Shown here: positions 48,768 through 59,821 of the stretch, piece by piece
How positions within the stretch are numbered: the first letter of the stretch is position 1
Layout of the letters: every line of letters starts with the position of its first letter
Source of the DNA: Acidobacteriota bacterium
Lineage (GTDB): Bacteria; Acidobacteriota; UBA890; WLXD01
Direction: 5' to 3'
DNA length: 64,000 nt
NCBI GenBank assembly: GCA_963666055.2
Contig: CAXWPH010000015.1
Span: forward strand, 160,001 to 224,000
The notes under the pieces: model-generated
The model's input: only the letters and a program-made list of their open reading frames with translations
The model's database searches: none
What the model was told of the DNA's origin: nothing
Program-made: the position numbers and the translations under genes

Positions 48768-50027
48768 TGACCTGACCCCACGGTTAGTACCACGTCTTAT
48801 CTCAGTAACTCGGTGCTGACAAGGGGTTGTTGAGGCCGGCGAAGCGGAGCGTAGCCGGCTTCAACAACAGCGCCTCCGGGGCCGGTGGTCGGTAGCCCAA
48901 CGAGCTGTGCGGTCGCATGCGGTTGTACTGCTGCCTCCATCTCTCGATCAGAACCTTTGCCTCCTTGAGCGTGTAGAAGATCTCGCCGTTGAGCAGCTCG
49001 TCTCGGAGCTTGCCGTTGAAGCTCTCCACGTAGCCGTTCTCCCACGGCGAGCCCGGCTCGATGAACAGCGTGCCCACACCGAGCCTACCGAGCCAGTCGC
49101 GAACCGCCTCGGCGGTGAACTCCGGTCCGTTATCGGACCGGATGTGCTCAGGTATGCCCCGGTGCACGAACAACCACCCGAGCCGCTCGAGCACGTCCTC
49201 ACAGTTGAGCTTCCGTGCCACGTCGATCGCCAGGCTTTCTCGTGTGTACTCATCGACGATCGTCAGCAGCCTCATAGCCCGACCCTCGTGCGTCCGGTGA
49301 TGGACGAAGTCATACGCCCAGACGTGATCTTTGCGCTGTGGTCGCAGCCGGATGCACGAGCCATCGCTGAGCCACAGCCGGGCTCGTTTGGGCTGCTTTG
49401 TCGGTACTTTCAGCCCCTCACGCCTCCAGATACGCTGCACTCGTTTGTGGTTCACCCACCAGCCCTCCATACGCAACAACGCCGTCACTCGCCGATACCC
49501 GTAGCGCCCGTATTGTCGGGCTAGATCCACGATCCGCTCCGTCAACATCTGCTCATCGCCCGGTTCTGTTGGCATGTACCTGTGTGTCGTGCGTGGTTGT
49601 TTCAGTACCCGGCACGCCCGCCTCTCGGAGACGCCCAGCCGCCCCCGTACATGCGCCACCGCCTCGCGCCGTCGAGCTGGGCTCAGAAGTTTCCCTCCGC
49701 GACTTCCTTCAGGATCGACAGGTCGAGCTCTTTCTCCGCCACCAGTTTCTTGAGCCGGGCGTTTTCTTTCTCCAGCTGCTTGAGCCTTCTGGCCTGGTTG
49801 ACCTTCAGCCCCCCCTACTCCCGCCGCCACCGATAGTAGGTGTGCTCGGTGATCGCTAGCTTGCGGCAGGCATCCTTGACCGTCCCGCCTTGCGCCAGCT
49901 CCACTTCAGCCTCCCGGAGCTTGCGTACGATCTGCTCGGCGCTGTGCCTCTTCGTCGGCATTCTGACCTCCCCTTTTCGACCCAGATCGTGAGATTACCT
50001 CTGGATCCGTTTTGGGGGGTCAGGTCA
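48768..50027 (-). mobile_element. IS3-family element, full length, orfA nonsense
   Basis: tgacctgacccc / ggggtcaggtca IRs; orfB DDE ([22 protein letters not shown]); orfA 49683-49961 carries TAG in place of TAC. Confidence 0.93.
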
Positions 50028-50221
50028 GGAGGCCAAAACCCGTACCACTGAAAGAGGCTCGTCGAGAGACGGTTGTCCGGACAGCCGGTGCCGGAGCGCA
50101 CCGTGGCGTCTCTGTTGGCGGCAAGGGCAAGCCAGACGCCGCTAACGCCCTGAAGAATCAAAGGGATATCGGCCTTGATCTCGGAAACTCCCGCAGTCGT
50201 ATCGGTTGATTAGGTGGTAGG

Positions 50222-50309
50222 CGGGGAAGGTGGGATTCGAACCCACGGTACGGGGTTAACCATACGCGCGCTTTCCAAGCGGCTCTTTCGGCCTCTCGGA
50301 CACCTCTCC
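50222..50309 (-). tRNA. tRNA-Ser(GGA), degenerate, possibly a pseudogene
   Basis: GGAGAGGTGTCCGAGAGG...CTTGGAAAG, long variable arm, GTGGGTTCGAATCCCAC T-arm; acceptor mismatch, shortened anticodon stem, no CCA. Confidence 0.75.
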
Positions 50310-50399
50310 GCAGGATTCGCGACTGCCATCTACAGTAGGCGCGGTCGCGCCTATGTTCGGCTGATCGGACCTAAACGCGAGGATCGCGCTATCGGGCCG

Positions 50400-51592
50400 G
50401 GCGGTCGCTTTGGAGGCGCTTCGGGAGGAAGCGACGATGGCGGAGCTGGCAGCCCGCTACGATGTGCATCCGAACCTGATCGCCAACTGGAAGAAGAAGG
50501 CTCGGCAGAAGGTACTGGCCGGCTTCTCGGGCAAGCAAGAGCGGGATGAGGTCTCTCGGGAGGCGGAGATCAAGGAGCTGCGGGCGAAGATCGGAGAGCT
50601 CGTCATCGAGCGGGATTTTTTATCCAAAGTCTTCGGTCGTTGAGCCGCGGCCGGAGAGTAGCGATGATTGATCGCGACCACGCACGGCTCAGCAGCGCGC
50701 GACAGTGCTGCTTGGTGTCAATCGCGCGCTCGTCGTTCTACTACGAGGGCAAGGGCGAGAGCCCGTTGAACCTGCGCCTGATGCGGTTGATCGGCGAGCA
50801 GTTTTTGGAGACGCCGTTCTACGGCTCCCGTCAGATGAAACGCTGGCTACGTCGTCAGGGCTACACGGTCTCTCGCAAGCGGGTGCGCCGCCTGATGCGG
50901 CTGCTGCGGTTGCAAGCTATCTTCCAGCGGCCCAGGACGTCTCAGCCGCACCCGGAGCACAGGATCTATCCCTACCTGCTGGGCGATCTGCAGATCACGC
51001 GACCGAACCACGTTTGGTGTGCGGATGTGACCTACATCCCGCTGCAGCGAGGTTTTCTGTACCTGGTTGCGGTGATGGACTGGGCGAGCCGCAAGGTGCT
51101 GTCCTGGCGCCTGTCCAACACGCTCGATGCGAGCTTCTGCGTCGAGGCCTTGCAAGAGGCTCTCGAGCGCTACGGTGCGCCCGAGATCTTCAACACTGAT
51201 CAGGGTAGCCAATTCACCAGCGTCGACTTCACCGACGCGCTCAAGGAGGCCGGCATTCGGATCTCCATGGACGGCAAGGGCCGCTGGATGGACAACGTCT
51301 TCATCGAGCGGCTGTGGCGATCACTGAAATACGAGCAAGTCTATCTGTCAGAGTACGCGACTGGCTCCGAGGCTCGGGCCGGGATCGGCTGCTGGATGGA
51401 CTTCTACAACGAGCGCCGACCGCACTCGTCGCTCGACGACCGGACGCCCGAGGAGGCGTACACTGACGACGGGGCTGAAAGGAGCCTGGGGCTACGCCCC
51501 GTCTCCTGTCAGCCCAAGGCAGCCTGAATCATGAACCCGGATTCCACCTTAGCTGTGACCCAAACCTGTCCAAAGGATGGGGTCCACCTCTA
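50400..51592 (+). mobile_element. IS3-family element lacking its left end (orfA 50410-50643, orfB 50640-51527)
   Basis: FYGSRQM, WCADVTY, NTDQGSQF, DNVFIERLWRSLK; right end ctgtccaaaggatggggtccacctc. Confidence 0.9.
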
Positions 51593-51859
51593 CCGGCACC
51601 GCTGCCACCCACCCGAGCGCCGCCAACCGATGCTCGCGACCAGCGACCCCGAGGCGATCGCCAGCGCGCAACCAGCGCCCGAGCTCGAACCCGACAGCCA
51701 GTAGCCGCCAGGCGCCAGAGGGGGGCGGACGGGTCCCCGAGGGCGAGACGTATTCCCGTTTCCGTTGGACTTCCCCAGGGAATGCCCTCCTTCTACTCCA
51801 GTTCGGACGAGCTAACCTCGGGGGGCGCGGTGACTCGTACGACTATAAGAAGCCAACGT

Positions 51860-52365
51860 GATTCGGTCCGGCATGGAGATGTGAGCACGCTGAGTGAGCT
51901 GAGTTCCATCCCGCCCGTTGCTATCCGACCAGCGCACCCCCGCACCGCAATGCCCGAGCGCCCCGAGGCTCTGCTGCGCCCTCCGCACCGCCCGACGTCG
52001 AGGCGCCGGGCCCAGAAATTTCCCGACGATGCCTCCTTGCAAAATCGCGTTATCGAGCATCAGCCAGCAACTTCTTCAGCCGGGCGTTGTCGCGCTCGAA
52101 CTCCTTGAGCCACCGTGCTTGATCCACCCTCAGGCCGCCGTACTCCTTGCGCCACCGGTACTATCGTGTTCTCGTTGATACCCAGGTTACGGCAAACTTC
52201 TTGGTACCTTGGCACCCTTCGCCAGCTCCACTTCCGCCTCCCTGAGCTTGGCGATGATCTGCTCTACGCTGTAGCGCTTCCGTGCCATTCATCCCCCTTC
52301 CCGAACCAGCCTCAGAGCCTCAATTCCTAACTCTCAAACTGACCCAACTATCGGGGGTCAGGTCA
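51860..52365 (-). mobile_element. Degenerate IS3-family remnant
   Basis: ggggtcaggtca end at 52365; MARKRYSVEQIIAKLREAEV orfA start, frameshifted. Confidence 0.8.
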
Positions 52366-52455
52366 CCTTTGCCGGAGGGCCAGCTGGTTTTGTGCCGCAT
52401 GGCGGTGGGCGCGCCGCATTGCTGCGTGTGCTGTCCGTGACCGATCAGGCAGTTA

Positions 52456-53415
52456 TTAGAAGGCGTACTTCAGGTTCATGCTGAGGTCGAACATGGCGAT
52501 ATCGTGGCTCGTCATCCAGCCTTGCACTGGCTCGCTTCCATCACGTCGCACGTTAGGCTCGTGACTGCGTAACGGGTCCCAGACAGTGGCATCGGTGAGG
52601 GACGAGTAGTTGACCCAGCGGCCCCGGACGCCCAGCGATACTCGCTCGGTGAGGACATGATCAGCACCGAGCAGCACCTGATAGCCGAACAGCGTGTCGC
52701 TGAGTTCGCTTTGCGCACTGCTTACGGTGCCAGCCAGGTTCCGGCGGAACACAGCTAGCTGGGCTTCGGATTCAAACGGGAAGTCTGCGCCCGTGATGAT
52801 CTTGCTCGGGTCGGGGTTCCTCGCCCAAACGCTCCCGAAGTCCACATCGGTAAACCCGACTCCGGCACCAACCCCGACATAGGGGGTGAGCCGGCTGCTG
52901 TTGACGAAATCGAAATACAGGTTCCCGAACAGGTTGTGTGAGGTCAGGTTACCGAGACGTTCCTCGGCCCGTTCGATCTCTTGACCGAGCTTGGCGAAGT
53001 TAACCCCCGCAGCGCTCGCAACCGGCGATGTCTGATCGTACTCCGAGTTGTAGAAGAAGTACTCCAACTCGAGCCGAAACCGCCCCCCCAGGCGATAGCC
53101 GAGCGCCCCGCCGGCCGCAATGCCCTTGGCCTTGTCAAACACGCTCTTCCAGGTATCCCCCTCTCCGCGAGCGGCCGTCGTGCACCGCTCTCCGCCCAGC
53201 AAGTACCACGGGTTGAGGAACTCGTCGCACGCGCTTTCCCGGTCGTCGCTGTCTCCGATTAGATCCATCCCCGAGGCGAAGCTAGCGCCCCGCTCGCTGC
53301 TCAGATAAAAGCCACTGTTCGCCTGTGCCCAGGCCGGGCCAACACTAACGCCGATAAACGCGACCAGCAGTACGCAGGTCCGTAGGATCAGTGCTCTGAA
53401 AGACCGTTTGTGCAT
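52456..53415 (-). CDS. Outer-membrane beta-barrel protein with large loops
   Basis: Signal peptide, ALGYRLG-RFRLELEY, TPYVGVGAG, GYQ, terminal LKYAF. Confidence 0.8.
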   Translation of the reverse strand: MHKRSFRALILRTCVLLVAFIGVSVGPAWAQANSGFYLSSERGASFASGMDLIGDSDDRESACDEFLNPWYLLGGERCTTAARGEGDTWKSVFDKAKGIAAGGALGYRLGGRFRLELEYFFYNSEYDQTSPVASAAGVNFAKLGQEIERAEERLGNLTSHNLFGNLYFDFVNSSRLTPYVGVGAGVGFTDVDFGSVWARNPDPSKIITGADFPFESEAQLAVFRRNLAGTVSSAQSELSDTLFGYQVLLGADHVLTERVSLGVRGRWVNYSSLTDATVWDPLRSHEPNVRRDGSEPVQGWMTSHDIAMFDLSMNLKYAF

Positions 53416-53481
53416 CGCTTACTTCCCTACTAGAGAGGATACCGTAGGGTTGCTTTATTGGAGTTCCCCATGGTCATGCCT

Positions 53482-56385
53482 TCATCCATCTAACTGGAAG
53501 CCCCAGTCATAGTTGACGCGCGCGTAGTAGTAAGCTCCGTTAAAGCCGAACGGCGAAAACTGGCCGTAGTAGTTACCTGTCCCGGCTGCAGCCAGTGGAT
53601 TGACCTCCGGTTGCGTGTTCAGGAGGTTCTGGGCCCCTGTAGAGAAAGTGAGATGGTCGTTAATCGGTACGTCGAACACGACATCGAGGAGCGCCTTGCC
53701 CGCGTACAACTCGTACAGGTAAGACATATCGGGGTCGCCGAGCGTTGCGGACGCCCAGGCTCTGGCGTCCTCCCGGTCCCAGTATTTGCCGAAGAAGTTC
53801 ATGCGTGCCATCAGGCTCCACCGGGGGGCCGTGTGGTCAACGGCGATGTTCCATCGCATCTGAGGCAACCCGCGTTCGATTGCGCTGCGACGGTCGTCGT
53901 CGATGGTCTCGGACGTGAAGGACGTGATCTTGGTCGAGGTGTAGTTGAAAACGACGCTAAAGACAGTTTCGCTGCCCAGCCCTGTCGTGGCGTAGGTCGA
54001 CACGACATCGACACCTTCCGTCTTGGTCGCGAAGTCGTTCACGAAGAAGCGGAACTTCTGCAGGTTGGCCGCCTCGACGAACCCGCCCGCAATCAACGAC
54101 ATGGTCTCATCCGCCGTGAGCGAGAAGTTCTTCGTGATGGTGAGGCGATCCGAGACGTTGATCCGGAAGTAGTCGGCGGTAAACGTGAAGGCGCCGTTGT
54201 CGACGACCGCTCCGCCCGAATAGTTGATCGAATTTTCAGGCTGGAGTGGTTTCCCTCCCCGCAGCGCCGCGGCCGGGGAGATCGACGGAATCGTGCCGTT
54301 ATTGACAAGATCCATGAGTGCGAAGTCGTACTCGGTCGTCACGTTGAACGCATTCTGCTGCCCTGGGGTGGGCGCACGGAACCCGCTACTGATCGCCGAG
54401 CGTAAGGCGACGGTCTCGGTAAATTCGTACCGTCCGGCGAGTTTGCTGTTCATCGTGGTACCGAAGCCTTCGAAATCTTCGAGCCGGACGGCGGCGCCCA
54501 GGGTCCACTCATTGGCTACGCCGCCCACCTCGACATCGCCGTAGACCGCAACGTTGGCACGGTTCCAGGTGCCGGAGTTCTCGGGCCGGGTGCCGTTGTA
54601 GCCGTTGGACCCGGAGCTGAATCCCTGCGATGCATAGGGGCCGATGGCCCATGAGGCGGGGTCGCCGGCACCGAGATGGTACTGCTCCTGGCGCCACTCG
54701 GCGCCGCCCGCCACGTTGACCGTATCGCTTGCGACATAGGATAGGTCGAGGTTCACGCTGAGATCGGTCTGCCGCAACAAGTTCGGCCTGAACTGAGTCG
54801 GGCTTTCTGGGCCGAGGGAGGCGTTCACGGTGTCATAGATGAACGTATCGACCTCGTTCCGGCCCCAGCTCACGCTCGCGTCCCAGGTAAGACCGTTGGC
54901 CATGAATCCGCGTATACCGGTAACCACCGACGCGTCGAACAGGTCACCGCCGAACTGTGGCGTGAACCCTCCTGGAAGGCCACCGGGCGCGCCAGAGAAG
55001 GGTTGATGGAACGTGAAACAGTTCGGGTTATTGGTAACCTGGTCGAAGGCGAGCGGGTCGGGGACATTGTCGGTGATGGTTACCGTCGGACAGTTGGCCG
55101 AACCCTGGCCGTTAGCGGCTAGCACGTCGCCGACGAGCAACGTGTCGCCGCCGTCGATGCTGAAAACCGAGCCGCGGGTATTCGGGTTTCGGTAGTAGAA
55201 GCCGCCGGTCACCTTCTTGCTCGCGTAGTTGCTGTGCGCATACCACTGCAGCCTGTTGGCGAACAGGTAGCCGAAATTGCCGAAGACCTTCAGGTCGTCC
55301 TCGATCTTCGGCACGCCCCAGACCTGGGCAGTGTCTCGAACGTTCAGGTTGCCGGCTGCCCGGAGCGCCGCAGCATCGTCACGCTGGATGGCACGGTTGG
55401 TCGGGCCCACGTTACCGTATTCCAGGCTCAGGTTTGCGAACCCAGTCGCACCCAGCGGCAACCCAACGTTGCCGGCGACGGTGTATGCACCGCCGTTGCC
55501 GCCGATGCCGTTACAGGACGTGCCGGGAATCCCGCAGGTGCCTTGGTCGCCTGTGTTGACGTCGAAGAACCGTCCAGTGCGTAACTGTATGCTGCCGCCG
55601 GAGCGGGCCTCCTTGAGCTGGAAGTTCATGACGCCGGCGATCGCATCCGATCCATACTGCGCCGACGCGCCGTCGCGAAGCACCTCAACCTGCCGCAGCG
55701 CGATGGAGGGGATGACCGAGATGTCCGGACCTTGTGAACCGTCCGAGAGCCCGTTGCCGAGCCAGGTGATGACCGCGGCGCGGTGGCGACGCTTACCGTT
55801 CACCAGGACGAGCGTGTGGTCGGGCGCCAGGCCGCGCAGGTTGGCCGGACGGATGATCGAGGCCGCATCGCTGATCGGCTGCGTGTTGACGTTGAAGGAA
55901 GGCACGGAGGTTCGCAATTGGTTGGTGAGATCGGCGTAACCTTGGCTAGCGAGCTCATCGGCGGTGATGACGTCGACGGGCACGGCGGACTCGGTCGCCG
56001 ATCGTGGCTGGGCACGGCTGCCGACAACGACCACTTCCTCGTGGAGTTGCACGGACATCTCGATATCGACAGTTACCGTCGCCCCGGCGGTGAGATCCAC
56101 CTGCTCGCGCACGACCGTGGTGAAGCTGGGCAGGCTGAAACTCACGTCGTACACACCAGGCGGCAGGGCGATGGTAAACTTGCCGTTGTTGTCGGTGAAC
56201 GTGGTCTGCCGGACCTGACCGCCGGGCATTTGGCTGCGCACCTGCACGGCGACACCGGGCAGACTGTACTCCGCGATGGTAACCGTGCCAGAAATCACCG
56301 CGTCTTGCTGGGCGGCGGAGACAACAGGCACAAATAGGAGGGCGGTGAAAACCAGCCCACCAGCGACGGATTGATGGGATCTCAT
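53482..56385 (-). CDS. TonB-dependent receptor with carboxypeptidase-like N-domain
   Basis: EVVVVGSR, NLRGLAPDHTLVLVNGKR, EVLRDGASAQYGSDAIAGV, GFRAP; GAGG RBS. Confidence 0.93.
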   Translation of the reverse strand: MRSHQSVAGGLVFTALLFVPVVSAAQQDAVISGTVTIAEYSLPGVAVQVRSQMPGGQVRQTTFTDNNGKFTIALPPGVYDVSFSLPSFTTVVREQVDLTAGATVTVDIEMSVQLHEEVVVVGSRAQPRSATESAVPVDVITADELASQGYADLTNQLRTSVPSFNVNTQPISDAASIIRPANLRGLAPDHTLVLVNGKRRHRAAVITWLGNGLSDGSQGPDISVIPSIALRQVEVLRDGASAQYGSDAIAGVMNFQLKEARSGGSIQLRTGRFFDVNTGDQGTCGIPGTSCNGIGGNGGAYTVAGNVGLPLGATGFANLSLEYGNVGPTNRAIQRDDAAALRAAGNLNVRDTAQVWGVPKIEDDLKVFGNFGYLFANRLQWYAHSNYASKKVTGGFYYRNPNTRGSVFSIDGGDTLLVGDVLAANGQGSANCPTVTITDNVPDPLAFDQVTNNPNCFTFHQPFSGAPGGLPGGFTPQFGGDLFDASVVTGIRGFMANGLTWDASVSWGRNEVDTFIYDTVNASLGPESPTQFRPNLLRQTDLSVNLDLSYVASDTVNVAGGAEWRQEQYHLGAGDPASWAIGPYASQGFSSGSNGYNGTRPENSGTWNRANVAVYGDVEVGGVANEWTLGAAVRLEDFEGFGTTMNSKLAGRYEFTETVALRSAISSGFRAPTPGQQNAFNVTTEYDFALMDLVNNGTIPSISPAAALRGGKPLQPENSINYSGGAVVDNGAFTFTADYFRINVSDRLTITKNFSLTADETMSLIAGGFVEAANLQKFRFFVNDFATKTEGVDVVSTYATTGLGSETVFSVVFNYTSTKITSFTSETIDDDRRSAIERGLPQMRWNIAVDHTAPRWSLMARMNFFGKYWDREDARAWASATLGDPDMSYLYELYAGKALLDVVFDVPINDHLTFSTGAQNLLNTQPEVNPLAAAGTGNYYGQFSPFGFNGAYYYARVNYDWGFQLDG

Positions 56386-56571
56386 ATCTACCTCAGACGT
56401 GTCCCGGAATGTTGCGGAAAAACGGATCATCGTAGCCTCTACGCAAGCAGTGGATAATACCATCCTAAAGGGTACGTATCCGTCCCTGGTTCGGTGACTC
56501 CTGGGGTCGGTGGGAGCTGGGTCGTAGTCAACGGGCTTCTTTGCGCGACCAGATTCAAACTCAGCCACTAC

Positions 56572-57944
56572 TGACCTTGCCCCGCTTTCCCGGACACTTA
56601 GTTAAGATCCATTGTCGTAGTCGTATTAGCGGCTGTGGGAGCTGTTGGCAACGCGGAGCGTTGTCCAAGCGACGGTGGAAATCGGGAGTCGATTTCCACG
56701 GGCGCGTCAGCTTCCACAGCTGATTGGCCGCTCTGGCCTGGCCGCCGCATTGCCGCCTCCAACTGAGCCGGACTCTGGTGTCCGATCGAGGTGTGCATGC
56801 GAGCCCGGTTGTAGAACACTTCGATGTAGTGGAACAACTCGGCTCGGGCCGCCGCCCGGGAACTGAAGCAGCCACCGAGTTCGAACTTCAGGGTAGAGAA
56901 GAAACTTTCCATCGGCGCGTTATCCCAGCAGTCTCCTTTCCTGCTCATGCTGATGGTGAAGCCACGGTCACGCAGCTTGTCTAGGTAATCGTCGCTGCTG
57001 TACTGGCTGCCGCGGTCGCTGTGATGGAGCACTCCGGAACCGGGACGGCGTTGCTCCAAGGCCTGATCCAGGACCGCCAGCGTCAAATCGTCCGTCATCG
57101 TCTCGCTCACCGCCCAGCCGATGATCCGTCGCGAGCACAGATCCATCAGCACGGCCAGGTATAGGCATCCTTCCTGCGTCCACAGGTATGTCAGGTCGCC
57201 CACCCAGACGCTGTCCACGGCATCCACCGTGAAGCGCCGTGCCAGCACGTTGGGCGCCGCTGACCGCCCAGGTGTGGGCCGTGTTGTCACCCGGAACCGA
57301 CGGGGTTGGCGAGCTCGAAGTCCTTCCTGGCGCATCAGCCGAGCTACCCGCTTGCGAGAGCAGCGGATCCCTCGTTGCCGAAGTTGCTTGTGGATGCGCG
57401 GACTTCCGTAACGGTCGCGGCTCTCTCGGAATGCAGCTCTGATCTGCACACGTAGACGGCGATCTTCTCGCGCTCTCGGACTCGGTGCCCGTCCTCGCCA
57501 CTCGTAGTAACCGCCGTGAGACACCTCGAGCATCTTGCACAACCGCCGCACCGGGAACTTGCCGGACAGTTGCTTGATGATCGGGTACTTCATCGCGGGC
57601 GTTCCGAGAAGATCGCCAACGCTTTTTTTAGAATGTCGCGCTCCTGCCGTACTCGCCGCAGGTCCCGCCGTAGCTGTTGCCCGTCCAGGTCCTGGTCGGG
57701 CATCTTCCCCGCGCCCGGAAACGCCGTGACCCCCTGCTCCTGGAGCTGTTTGCGCCACTTGGTCAACATGCCGCGGCCAACACCCAGATCCCGGGCCACC
57801 TCAGACACCGGATGGCCCAGCTGCGTCACCATCCTCACTGCCTCAATCTTGAACTCGCGACTGTACCGCCGTCGTGACCCCATGCTTCACCTCCGAGCCC
57901 ATTATCGGGCTTCCAAAGGTGTCCGGGAAATCGGGGGAGGCCCA
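56572..57944 (-). mobile_element. IS3-family element, apparently intact (orfA 57590-57883, orfB 56598-57593)
   Basis: IRs tgaccttgccccgctttcccggacac / gtgtccgggaaatcgggggaggccca; AAAAAAAG slippery site; WVGDLTY, HSDRGSQY, DNAPMESFF. Confidence 0.93.
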
Positions 57945-58225
57945 TCGCGACAATCCGCGAAGATCCTTGCACCGTCGGTTGACGGCGATCGATCGGTGGT
58001 CGACCTTCTTCCGCAAGACCCCGGGGAAATGGGCCGCCTTGCCATGATGTTTGGAGACATTCTGGATCGCTTTTTCCCTGCGACGTTCGTGGATGTAGAT
58101 CAGGTACGGGCAGCCTATAGGAATACTCTAGAGCGCTGGTTGGAAGCGTGGAGTGGCCACTTTCAATAGGCAAGTCTCCCCACACACGAAGCTAAATGGA
58201 TTTGTTGTACGGGGTGTGGGAGCTT

Positions 58226-58558
58226 TCAGGACTTTGCAGATTTCTCTGCCGCCGGTTCCTCAGGGATCGCCTGGTACCTCACGCGTCCCTTCGTCTTGCG
58301 CCTCTTGGCCTTACCTGTATCTACGAGCTTCTCCAGCCCGTACACGATCGTCTGGTGGGCGAACTCTTGGCCCTGTTTGCTGAGGCTACGCTGGATTTCG
58401 GCCACCGTCATCGACTCGCTGCTGCTGCTTAACAACTCCACCGTCAGCTCGTAGATCCGTCTCCGTTTCGGATGCTGACGCCTCTTGCGGGCCTTCTTTC
58501 TGGCCGGCGCCTTCTTCTTCGCCGGCAACGTAGCCTTGGCCGACGTTGTGGGATCCAT
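58226..58558 (-). CDS. Small basic protein, possible winged-helix DNA binder
   Basis: Lys/Arg-rich linker, MTVAEIQRSL...TIVYGLEKLVDTGKAKR...RVRYQ. Confidence 0.5.
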   Translation of the reverse strand: MDPTTSAKATLPAKKKAPARKKARKRRQHPKRRRIYELTVELLSSSSESMTVAEIQRSLSKQGQEFAHQTIVYGLEKLVDTGKAKRRKTKGRVRYQAIPEEPAAEKSAKS

Positions 58559-58669
58559 GAGAGAGGCGACGCTACAGCAACCGGGCAGGTCTGCCAGCGT
58601 CGCCTTCAGCCGCCGGTTTTCCAGCTCCGTGAAAGCCGTCGCCCCTTGTTGACATCCATTCCGCCGTAC

Positions 58670-58878
58670 TGGCAGATCAGCTGGACGTTGTCGTGGTCCC
58701 AGAAGCGCTCGGGCGCCAGGTGGGCGGGCTCGATGTGGTCGAGCTACTCGGCGGCGACCTTGAAGCCTGCTTCGGCGCAGGGACGGCACAACGGTTCATC
58801 GCGGAGGATTCCGGCGCGCCACGTGCGATAGCGGCGCGTCCAGCGCAGACGGCGGAGTGCTTCGGGCTCGATCGACAT
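58670..58878 (-). pseudogene. Phage-type HNH endonuclease remnant
   Basis: Manual translation ILRDEPLCRPCAEAG...AE*LDHIEP...FWDHDNVQLIC; internal TAG, last CxxCH incomplete. Confidence 0.75.
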
Positions 58879-59642
58879 TTTCGTTCGTGCCCATTTCGTG
58901 CCAGGCCACGAAGGAGGATCAACACCATTATTGTCAATGACTTATGCGGTGTTCCGTAGGACGGAGGACAGGGCCAAAAGACGCTCCTGGACAAATGGAC
59001 CCCTTCTTCACAACCCTACTGACGCCATTCCAATAAGACCGTACGCCTTTTTAATCAACGACTTAGCGTCTTCTTCAAAGCTTCTGGGGTTCGTCCCCGA
59101 AAAGTTCCTTTGCTTACATATCGCAAGGCACTGAGCGGTATCCGGGTGAGGGCCCTAGTTTACTTTGGTGGCCCCCCGTAAAATCCTTATTCCATTGATG
59201 TTAAGGCCTGGTGCAAGTGGCTGCATGCGTGTGGTCCTCGAGGGCTCGAAATCGCGTGACGAGCGCTCGAGCTCGAGAGTGGGGGCTCTATCTATGTTCG
59301 GTCAGCCCCCGACGCAGCGCACCGCGTAGCACGTCGCGGCTGACACCGTACTTGGCGGCGAGCGCGCGCTGACTCATGCCGGCGTCGTGATGGCGCACCA
59401 GGTCGACGGCCTGGCTGTCGTCGGGCTTTGTGAGCACCAGGGCCAGGTCATTACCGAACGAGGGCGTGCGTGTTTGTGAAACCGTGTGCGGCGCGTTAGC
59501 TCGCGCGCGAGTTGCGACGAGCCATCACCACGACGTACTCCGATGCCGGGCTCCCGGAAAGCGTCGAGGATGCCGCGCTGGAAGGGCCGCCAGTCGGTGC
59601 GCCACCGGTTGCCCGCCTGACTGCGCCCGTCACCACTACAAC

Positions 59643-59693
59643 CAGCACCGAGTTACTGAGATAAGACGTGGTACTAACCGTGGGGTCAGGTCA
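59643..59693 (+). mobile_element. Isolated 51-bp IS3 right end
   Basis: Exact reverse complement of 48768-48818. Confidence 0.9.
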
Positions 59694-59821
59694 GCCGCGG
59701 CCACCTCACAAAAAAATCTGCTCAGCAAAGCAAATAAGCCTACATTGAGGCGCGAATTCAGCGGATTCTGTGCGCTCAGGACCGTGCGCCATGCTCTCAG
59801 GTGCACGAGGAGGATTGGAGG

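Noticed and set aside
59100-59820. Cobalamin or other riboswitch before the TonB receptor
   Set aside because: No recognisable B12 box or TPP core; the conspicuous segment is an IS end.
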